This document shows positions 56,923-64,000 of a DNA stretch of 64,000 nt, one piece after another (the first letter of the stretch is position 1; every line of letters begins with the position of its first letter). The translations under genes and the position numbers were made by a program. Below the pieces are notes generated by a model that was not told the DNA's origin, did no database searches, and saw nothing but the letters and a program-made list of their open reading frames with translations. This DNA comes from Deltaproteobacteria bacterium. Its GTDB lineage: Bacteria; Myxococcota_A; Polyangia; Fen-1088. The stretch spans positions 391,183 through 455,182 of the forward strand of contig JANRKS010000007.1 in assembly GCA_033763315.1 (NCBI GenBank), in the 5' to 3' direction.

Positions 56923-58020
56923 TCACTTCTTGCGGCGGCCGAACAAGCCTTGCTTTTCGCCTTTGACCTTGTCGCCGCCGGCTTCGGCAAAGGCGCGAAG
57001 GTGCTCTTCTTGCTCTTTGTTGAGCTTCTTCGGCACAGCCAACTTAACGTGCACCGCGAGATCACCTTTGCCGCCGCCGCGCAGTTGGGGCAGGCCTTGC
57101 CCACGCAGCACGATCACTTCGCCAGGCTGCGTGCCCGCCGGCAGGTCAATCTCAGCTTCGCCCTCAAGGGTGGGAACCAACAACGTGGCCCCCAGCGCCG
57201 CCTGCGGGAACGAAACTTCAAGCCGCGTGTGCAGATGCGCGCCATCCCGTTCAAACCGCGGATCCGATTTCACGCGAATGTGAATGTAAAGGTTTCCAGG
57301 CTGGCCGCCGCGCGGGGCCTCTTCACCGCGTCCCGCAAGCCGCAACGTGGAACCATCGTCCACACCGGCCGGAACCGATACGCTTAACGATTCGGTCTTT
57401 GTTTCAAGGCCCGTGCCCCGGCATTCTTTGCAAGGATCTTTGATGATCGTCCCGCTGCCCCGACAAGTGGGGCACGTGGACTGGATCATCAAGAAGCCCT
57501 GTTGGTGCATCACCTGGCCTTGCCCGCGGCAGGTGCCGCAGCGTTCGGGCGACGAACCTTTGGCTGCGCCCGTGCCCTCGCAGGTGCCACAGCGCGCGTG
57601 GCGGTCGACGGTGACTTCCTTTTCAACACCTGTGGCCGCTTCGAGCAAGGTCAGGTGAACTTCCGTCTCGAGATCGGCGCCGCGGGCCGGACCGCGCCGG
57701 CGCCCGCCGCCACCGCCAAAAATATCGCCGAAAATGTCGCCAAAAGCGGAGAACACATCCGACACATCGGAGAAACCCGAAAAGCCAGAGCTGCGCGGAC
57801 CCTCATGGCCATAACGATCGTAAAGCGCGCGCTTTTCGGGATCCGAAAGCACCTGGTAGGCCTCGGAGGCCACCTTAAAATTTTCCTCGGCTTCTTTGTT
57901 GCCGGGGTTGCGGTCAGGATGAAGTTCGACCGCGAGCTTGCGGTAGGCCTTCTTAATGACCGTTCCATCGGCATCGCGCGAGACGCCAAGCACTTCGTAG
58001 TAATCGCGTTTTACGCTCAC
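56923..58020 (-). CDS. dnaJ: Chaperone DnaJ
   Basis: [13 protein letters not shown]-rich region and four CxxCxGxG motifs; start GTG 58020. Confidence 0.97.
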   Translation of the reverse strand: MSVKRDYYEVLGVSRDADGTVIKKAYRKLAVELHPDRNPGNKEAEENFKVASEAYQVLSDPEKRALYDRYGHEGPRSSGFSGFSDVSDVFSAFGDIFGDIFGGGGGRRRGPARGADLETEVHLTLLEAATGVEKEVTVDRHARCGTCEGTGAAKGSSPERCGTCRGQGQVMHQQGFLMIQSTCPTCRGSGTIIKDPCKECRGTGLETKTESLSVSVPAGVDDGSTLRLAGRGEEAPRGGQPGNLYIHIRVKSDPRFERDGAHLHTRLEVSFPQAALGATLLVPTLEGEAEIDLPAGTQPGEVIVLRGQGLPQLRGGGKGDLAVHVKLAVPKKLNKEQEEHLRAFAEAGGDKVKGEKQGLFGRRKK

Positions 58021-58030
58021 GGGCGGGGAC

Positions 58031-58059
58031 AACGTAAGCACGGGCACCATCGGTGTCAA
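58031..58059 (-). promoter_or_regulatory. Sigma70-type promoter of dnaJ
   Basis: Minus strand TTGACA, 17 nt, TACGTT, then 10 nt to the GTG start. Confidence 0.75.
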
Positions 58060-58139
58060 TCGGTTGTGCAGCGATTTGCCGTGGAAATGCCGCCACCAGG
58101 GGCTTGTGGGTCCAACCCGCCGAAGGGATACTCCACAAG

Positions 58140-58619
58140 ATGACGCGTTTGGTGAAAATTTGCTTTGCCGCTTTGTGCGCTTGGGCCGCCGCGGCCTGTT
58201 CCAATGTTGACGTGAAAAGCCGCGTGTTTGAGGGCACCTATTGCAGCGCCGGGGATGAATCGCCGTATTACCAGTGCGACAACATCAACAGCAAATTGAT
58301 CTGCATCCAGACCTATACGGTCGGCGAACAGCGCACACCGGTTCGCATCTGCCGACGTCCTTGCGCCACACGCGCCGATTGCGCGTCCAGCGACCAGGTG
58401 TGTTGCGGTGGCCCCATCGTCCATGAGGACTATGGGTTCTCAAAAGCATGCGTGCCTCGGGCAATGTGCCAAACTGATCCTGCGGCGTTGCTTGAACCGG
58501 CCCCTGTCAAGCCGGGGCCCGATGCCGGCGCGAAAGACGCGGGCCCCGATGCGAACACCAACACCCCGATCGATGCGGCGCCTGACGCTTCCGATCTCGA
58601 CGCCCCTTCCGATGCCTAA
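58140..58619 (+). CDS. Small Cys-rich lipoprotein with Asp-Ala-Gly/Pro tail
   Basis: [13 protein letters not shown] lipobox; about ten Cys; [11 protein letters not shown] tail; TTGTGG-17-GATACT upstream. Confidence 0.72.
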   Translation: MTRLVKICFAALCAWAAAACSNVDVKSRVFEGTYCSAGDESPYYQCDNINSKLICIQTYTVGEQRTPVRICRRPCATRADCASSDQVCCGGPIVHEDYGFSKACVPRAMCQTDPAALLEPAPVKPGPDAGAKDAGPDANTNTPIDAAPDASDLDAPSDA

Positions 58620-58627
58620 GGTGATTC

Positions 58628-59020
58628 ATGGCCGCCAAACACAACCCCGGTTTTGAAAAGATCGTCGATTCCATTCGTCACAACGTCACAGAATGCACGG
58701 TGGCCCAGGTTCACCAACGTTTGCAGCGGGGCGACGCCTTCCATTTCGTTGACGTGCGCGAAGACAGTGAAGTGGCCGTGGATCGGGCCCAGGGGGCCGT
58801 GCATCTTGGCCGCGGCGTCATCGAACGCGACATTGAGTCGCTTGTGCCGGACAAGAACGCAGACCTCGTGCTTTATTGCGGCGGCGGATACCGCTCGGCC
58901 CTGGCCGCCGACAGCTTGCAAAAGATGGGTTACACCAACGTCAAGTCGATGGCGGGCGGCATAAGGGCGTGGCGTGAAGCGGGCTTGCCGGTCGAAACCG
59001 GTCCCGTGCGTAAGCTTTAG
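58628..59020 (+). CDS. Rhodanese-like sulfurtransferase
   Basis: VDVRE, LYCGGGYRSALAA and MAGGIRAW. Confidence 0.93.
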   Translation: MAAKHNPGFEKIVDSIRHNVTECTVAQVHQRLQRGDAFHFVDVREDSEVAVDRAQGAVHLGRGVIERDIESLVPDKNADLVLYCGGGYRSALAADSLQKMGYTNVKSMAGGIRAWREAGLPVETGPVRKL

Positions 59021-59025
59021 TCATC

Positions 59026-59598
59026 ATGCCCCGCCAGTTTCCCAATGACCCCGAACCGTGGCAGGTGTTGGAGCGGACGTATCTGTTCGAGCGGCCCCCG
59101 TGGTTGGTGTTGCGGCGAGACCACGTGCGGTTGCCCAGCGGCGCCGAGATCCCGGAGTATTGGATTTCGGAGTACCCACCGTGGGTGAACGTGGTGGCGG
59201 TGACCACGGATGATCAATTGGTCTTGGTCAGGCAGTACCGGCCCGCTTTAGGGCAAGTGCATTTCGAGCTGCCCGCGGGCGTCGTCGATCCTACAGACGC
59301 CTCATTGCAGGCGGCCGCCGCGCGTGAATTGGCCGAGGAAACAGGGTATGGCGGCGGCACGTGGTCGTTGCTGACCACGCTATCGGCGAACCCAGCGTTA
59401 CAAACAAATTTGTCGTACGCCTTTCTTGCCGAAGGCGTGACGCTGCAATCCACCGCGCGGCCCGAGGCGACCGAGGACATACGTGTTCACCTCATCCCCG
59501 TGGGCGAGGCCGAGGCGTTGCTGAATCCCGATGACGTGATTCAGGCGCTTCACTTTGCGCCCCTGGCGCGCTACCTGTTGAAGCGCGCCCGCAGATAG
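59026..59598 (+). CDS. NUDIX hydrolase (ADP-ribose pyrophosphatase-like)
   Basis: RQYRP..ELPAGVVD..AAARELAEETGY Nudix box. Confidence 0.93.
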   Translation: MPRQFPNDPEPWQVLERTYLFERPPWLVLRRDHVRLPSGAEIPEYWISEYPPWVNVVAVTTDDQLVLVRQYRPALGQVHFELPAGVVDPTDASLQAAAARELAEETGYGGGTWSLLTTLSANPALQTNLSYAFLAEGVTLQSTARPEATEDIRVHLIPVGEAEALLNPDDVIQALHFAPLARYLLKRARR

Positions 59599-59601
59599 CC
59601 G

Positions 59602-60222
59602 CTATCTGCCGGTGCGCGTGGGCCGCGGCAGAAAAAACAGATCCGTCGTTCGCGTGTAACCCGAGCCGCCCAAGCGCCCGATCGTATCGAGCTTGCGCGG
59701 ATCCACGGCGCCCGTGCTGTCGAAAATGTCGTCGTTGGCGTGGATCCTTTGCACCGTGCCGAACACAACGTTGCCTGCCAGCGATCCTTCGCCCACGCGG
59801 ACGATTTGCGTTACAACGCACTCAAGCTGGACTTTGCTCTCGGCCACGCGCGGAGGCAGAATTGTCTCACTTGGCACGGGCGTTAATCCGAACGTGTTGA
59901 ACTCGCTTACGCCATAGTCGAGTTCGGCAGACGTATCGTTCATGACCTCGCGCGTGTCGTAAGAACACAAATTCACCACGAACTCAGGCACGGCTTCAAC
60001 GTTGAGCAGGGTGTCTTTCTTGCGACCGTCTCGCGTGTTCGCCACCGAGAACAACACCGTGGGTGGATTCGCCGTCACGGCGTTGAAAAAACTGAACGGC
60101 GCCAAGTTGGTTACGCCATCCGCAGAAATGCTACTGACCCACGCGATCGGCCGCGGTGTCACAAGGCTTATCAGAAGCTGGTACATGTCGCGGGCCGAAA
60201 CCGCGGAGGGATCGATGCGCAT
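59602..60222 (-). CDS. Flavin reductase family protein
   Basis: PRPIAWVSS, NLAPFSFFN, KDTLLNV and IGRLGG. Confidence 0.92.
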   Translation of the reverse strand: MRIDPSAVSARDMYQLLISLVTPRPIAWVSSISADGVTNLAPFSFFNAVTANPPTVLFSVANTRDGRKKDTLLNVEAVPEFVVNLCSYDTREVMNDTSAELDYGVSEFNTFGLTPVPSETILPPRVAESKVQLECVVTQIVRVGEGSLAGNVVFGTVQRIHANDDIFDSTGAVDPRKLDTIGRLGGSGYTRTTDLFFLPRPTRTGR

Positions 60223-60227
60223 GACGG

Positions 60228-60650
60228 CTAGTCTACAATGAATGGCGGACGGCCATAGCGTGCCCGCAACGACGTGATGAATTTACTGACAGCCGGCCGC
60301 TGCAAGAGCCGCATTTGCAAAGCGCGCTTGCCCGGAAAGTCAATCAACGAAAGCCCCAGCAGCACGAACACCAAGCCCGGCCCCGGCACGAGCGGCAGCA
60401 TCATCACCATGCCCAAGAGGATCAGCGCGTATCCCAAAACATTGCGCAAAACCAAGATCGTGACGCGTATCAAGGGGTGCCGCGCGGGAAGGGGCGTCGC
60501 CAACGGCATGAAATGGTTCGCGGGCAGGTAGACGATGGCGGCAAACCCCAACACAGTGGCCGCCGCCGTGATGCTCACGCCCAACAGAACACTGCCACCC
60601 CACCCCAATCGATGAGCCACGCTCACGAGCATCTTGTACAATTCCCCCAC
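60228..60650 (-). CDS. PGPGW-domain membrane protein
   Basis: LPLVPGPGLVFVLLGLSLIDFPGK. Confidence 0.78.
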   Translation of the reverse strand: MGELYKMLVSVAHRLGWGGSVLLGVSITAAATVLGFAAIVYLPANHFMPLATPLPARHPLIRVTILVLRNVLGYALILLGMVMMLPLVPGPGLVFVLLGLSLIDFPGKRALQMRLLQRPAVSKFITSLRARYGRPPFIVD

Positions 60651-60709
60651 AACGCCGTCATATTGTCTCGCCGATCGCCAAAGCGCCAGTTCTTGTTCGG
60701 GCGCGAAGC

Positions 60710-61918
60710 GTGTCCCGACGGACGCGCATCAAAGGCCTTGTCTTGAACAGTGAAGCTTTACGAATCCAGGTGATTTCCTCGCTGGCTCACGTGCCGGCCG
60801 TGCAGTGGAACGCGTGCGTCGACGACAACGAGCCATTTACAGAACACGCGTTTCTGTACGCGCTTGAAACGTCGCGCTCCGTGGGCGAGCGCACAGGCTG
60901 GTTGCCGCAATTTGTCCTTGTCTGGCAGGGGCAAACGTTGGCTGGCGCCGTGCCGCTTTACCTCAAAGACAACAGCTACGGCGAATACATCTTCGACTGG
61001 GCGTGGGCGCAAGGTGCCGCGCGTGGTGGCATTGCGTATTACCCGAAGCTTGTGGCGGCTGTCCCGTTCACGCCGGCCACGGGGCGCCGTTTGCTTGTGC
61101 ACCCAAGCTGTGAACGGGCGCCCATCGTTTCTGCCTTGTTAGACGGCGTGCAGAAGGTGGCACAAACGCACGACGTCTCTTCGGTCCATTTTCTGTTCTG
61201 CACAGAGGGCGAGCTTCGTGAACTTAACGCCGTTGGCTACCGCTCGCGCTTGTCGTATCAATTTCATTGGCACAACCGCAGCCCACAGCCTTACAAGAAT
61301 TTCGACGATTTTCTCAGCGCCTTTCGCTCCCCCTCGCGCAAGCAGGTGAAGAAGGAAAGGCGCATTGCGGCCGGCCACGGCTTGCGCATAGGCCTGCGTG
61401 AAGGTGGGCAGATGAATGAACGCGAGTGGCAAGCGGTGGGCAAGCTGTATGACGAAAACGCCGATAAACATGGCGCCATCACGTATCTGACGCCCGCATT
61501 TTTCCAAGCGCTGCGCGACACCTTTGCCCACCGTATCGTCACCACGTTTGCCTACGATGGCGAACAGCCCGTGGCAGGCACCTTAAACTTCGAAAAGGGC
61601 ACTCACATTTATGGCCGCTATTGGGGCTGCGAGGTGGAGCGCGAAATGTTGCATTTCGAGCTGTGTTATTACCAGTTGATCGACCGTGCCATCGAGCGTG
61701 GCCATTGCCTGTTTGAAGCCGGCGCGCAGGGTGAACACAAGCTCAAACGCGGCCTGATGCCCTCGTTCACGCACAGCGCACACCTGATCGTGGATCCCAG
61801 CCTCGATCGCGCCATCGCGGGCTTTTTGACCCACGAACAAAACGTGGTGAAACACCACGTGCAAGAATACACTCGTCACGCGCCGTACAACCGCGGTGAC
61901 GAAGTTCCCCTGCCTTGA
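60710..61918 (+). CDS. GNAT-family N-acetyltransferase (DUF482 / FemAB-like)
   Basis: SYGEYIFDWAWA, YYPKLVAAVPFTPATG, YGRYWG, LHFELCYYQ and EAGAQGEHKL; exact start uncertain. Confidence 0.92.
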   Translation: MSRRTRIKGLVLNSEALRIQVISSLAHVPAVQWNACVDDNEPFTEHAFLYALETSRSVGERTGWLPQFVLVWQGQTLAGAVPLYLKDNSYGEYIFDWAWAQGAARGGIAYYPKLVAAVPFTPATGRRLLVHPSCERAPIVSALLDGVQKVAQTHDVSSVHFLFCTEGELRELNAVGYRSRLSYQFHWHNRSPQPYKNFDDFLSAFRSPSRKQVKKERRIAAGHGLRIGLREGGQMNEREWQAVGKLYDENADKHGAITYLTPAFFQALRDTFAHRIVTTFAYDGEQPVAGTLNFEKGTHIYGRYWGCEVEREMLHFELCYYQLIDRAIERGHCLFEAGAQGEHKLKRGLMPSFTHSAHLIVDPSLDRAIAGFLTHEQNVVKHHVQEYTRHAPYNRGDEVPLP

Positions 61919-63102
61919 CCTCAACCTCAACCTCACCCGCTACCCCAGCCACCCTGCCCGGCCCGATCACGCTGCGGGCGTATTACTTCTGCTTCTTGGC
62001 CGCCACCGGCGTCTCCGTGCCGTTTTATCCGGTGTATTTGCGAGGGCTTGGATTCTCAGGCAAACAAGTGTCGCTGGTGTTTGCAGCTGCCCCTTTGATG
62101 CACATGCTTGGGCCCCTCGTTTGGGGGTGGGCCACCGATAGGACGCGCCGGCCCGACGTCATGCTGCGTTTGGCCTTGGCGGGAGCGGCGTTGGCCTACG
62201 TGCCGCTTGGCGTGGCGTCAGCGTTCGCCACAGTGATGTGCATTTCCTTGTTTCACCAAAGCTTCAACGTGGCTTTGCCGGGGCTTTCAGACCTTTTGGC
62301 GTTGGCACGAGTGCGTGGCGCTGGCGACGATTACGGACGCATTCGCATCTGGGGATCGTTTGGCTTTTTGGTGTCGTGCTTGCTAGCGGGGCAACTATTC
62401 GCGTGGCGCGGTCGCAGGGCGGATCCCATTTATCCGTTCTTGGTCGCGGGGCTTTTGGCGTGCGCCTTTCTCATCGCTTTGCATGTCCAAGGCCGCGGCG
62501 GTCGCGAACGCCCCACGGCGGCGGACGCGAGACTCCTTTTGAAGGATAGGCGTTTCGTGGCGCTGGTTTTGATCTCGGCCATACACTGGGCCTGTGCGGT
62601 TCCGTACCATGGGTTCTTCGGCCTTTACATCCAAGATCGCGGGTACGGCACAGGCGTCACTTCATTGGCCTTCGCCACGAGCGTGTTGTCCGAGATGTTG
62701 GCCTTCTTCGCGTTTAAGCACATTCAACGCCGCGCCCGCCTTTCCACCTTCATGACCATCGTGACGGCCGCGTCGGCGCTGCGATGGATGGCCACCGGGT
62801 TGGCCGGCAACGCGGCGGTGCTCATCCTAGTTCAAGCCGCGCACGGCCTCACGTTCGGGTTGTTCTGGGCGGCTGCGTTGGCGTGGCTGATGGGTTGTGT
62901 GCCCGAGCGCGTGCGCGCCACCGGACAAACACTGTTTACAGGCGCCGTTTATGGCATCGGCGCCTTGCTGGGTTCACTGCTGTGCGGCGCCGCCTACGAT
63001 GCCTTCGGGTCCGCCACCCCGCTCTTTATCGGAGGAGCCGCGCTTGATGCAGGTTTGGCGCTGTTCCTGTTGCTTCGCGGTCGCCGTCTCAGCCCCGCCT
63101 AG
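61915..63102 (+). CDS. MFS transporter (MFS_1-like / HcaT-like)
   Basis: Twelve TMs; YGRIRIWGSFGF and QAAHGLTFG. Confidence 0.88.
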   Translation: MTSTSTSPATPATLPGPITLRAYYFCFLAATGVSVPFYPVYLRGLGFSGKQVSLVFAAAPLMHMLGPLVWGWATDRTRRPDVMLRLALAGAALAYVPLGVASAFATVMCISLFHQSFNVALPGLSDLLALARVRGAGDDYGRIRIWGSFGFLVSCLLAGQLFAWRGRRADPIYPFLVAGLLACAFLIALHVQGRGGRERPTAADARLLLKDRRFVALVLISAIHWACAVPYHGFFGLYIQDRGYGTGVTSLAFATSVLSEMLAFFAFKHIQRRARLSTFMTIVTAASALRWMATGLAGNAAVLILVQAAHGLTFGLFWAAALAWLMGCVPERVRATGQTLFTGAVYGIGALLGSLLCGAAYDAFGSATPLFIGGAALDAGLALFLLLRGRRLSPA

Positions 63103-63141
63103 GTTTGGCTGCGAGCATGGTTCGCGCGGCAATCCAGAACG

Positions 63142-64000
63142 TTAGTTATCTTCTTCTGCTTTGTCGCCCTTATCAGCCTTGTTCCCCTTGCTGGGCTTGG
63201 CGGCTTCGTATGCAAACGTCAGCTTGTCGTCCGCCGCGTCCACAGTCACCGTGCCGCCGTTGGCCAAAGCGCCGAACAACAGCTCATCCGTGAGCGGCTT
63301 CTTCACTTCGTCCTGGATCACGCGCGCCAGCGGCCGGGCGCCAAACATCGGATCGTAACCGCGGTTCGCCAAGAACGCGCGCGCGCCTTCGTTCAGCTTG
63401 ATGGTCACGTTGCGGCCCGCAAGCTGCGTGGCCAGTTCGCCGATGAACTTATCGACAATTTGACCCATGACCGAAGATTGCAACGGAGCAAAATCGATCT
63501 TGGCGTCCAAGCGGTTACGGAACTCCGGCGAAAACATGCGTTTGAACGCATCGTCGCTGTCGCCAAAGCGTTCGTTCGAACCAAACCCGGGCATGCGCTT
63601 TGACAAATCGCGCGCCCCCACGTTGCTGGTCATGATCAGAATCACGTGGCGGAAGTCAGACTTGCGTCCGTTGTTGTCCGTCAATGAACCGTGATCCATC
63701 ACCTGCAACAAGATGTTGAACAGATCGGGATGCGCCTTTTCGATCTCGTCCAACAACAGCACCGTGTGCGGCGTTTTGTGGATAGCATCGGTCAGCAAGC
63801 CACCTTGATCAAAGCCGACGTAGCCCGGAGGCGCACCAATCAAACGTGACACCGTGTGGCGCTCCATGTACTCCGACATGTCGAAGCGCACGAACTGAAC
63901 GCCTAGGTTTTCCGCCAATTGCTTGGCCAATTCGGTTTTGCCGACGCCCGTGGGCCCAGCAAACAGGAAGCTTGCGATTGGCTTGTCTGGGTGACCCAAG
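63142..64000 (-). CDS. clpA: ATP-dependent Clp protease ATP-binding subunit ClpA, C-terminal part
   Basis: GPTGVGKTELAKQLA, RFDMSEYMERHTVSRLIGAPPGYVGFDQGG, LLDEIEKAH, FSPEFRNRLD and GARPLAR; runs off the window end. Confidence 0.93.
   Translation of the reverse strand, partial: LGHPDKPIASFLFAGPTGVGKTELAKQLAENLGVQFVRFDMSEYMERHTVSRLIGAPPGYVGFDQGGLLTDAIHKTPHTVLLLDEIEKAHPDLFNILLQVMDHGSLTDNNGRKSDFRHVILIMTSNVGARDLSKRMPGFGSNERFGDSDDAFKRMFSPEFRNRLDAKIDFAPLQSSVMGQIVDKFIGELATQLAGRNVTIKLNEGARAFLANRGYDPMFGARPLARVIQDEVKKPLTDELLFGALANGGTVTVDAADDKLTFAYEAAKPSKGNKADKGDKAEEDN

Overview
GC-rich bacterial chromosomal DNA, most likely a myxobacterium (Myxococcota/Polyangia). This is inferred from the Gly/Ser- and Asp-Ala-Gly-rich lipoprotein linkers, the PEGA-TPR and Cys-repeat proteins and the ECF/FecR cassette. 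Housekeeping genes are tatB (partial), tatC, coaX, gyrA, hemL, gstA, hflX, cobQ, dnaJ and clpA (partial). Accessory content: (i) a PadR-linked five-gene Lol-like ABC / LolA-like / beta-barrel module; (ii) an ~18 kb all-minus-strand block (16974-35007) of seven predicted lipoproteins plus a PEGA-TPR protein, including two apparent catalytically dead hydrolases, a Cys-repeat stalk protein, a split PQQ-dehydrogenase/diheme-cytochrome pair and a 15-repeat Calx-beta-like protein; (iii) a CLC-F-type fluoride exporter; (iv) an ECF-FecR signalling cassette; (v) an IlvY regulator whose tandem operators are intact but face a Cys-tailed ECF sigma factor instead of ilvC. Many genes have a -10-like hexamer only 7-12 nt upstream of the start codon, suggesting leaderless or very short-leader transcripts. 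No rRNA, tRNA, CRISPR array or transposase was seen. All calls come from reading motifs by eye; no database searches were run.
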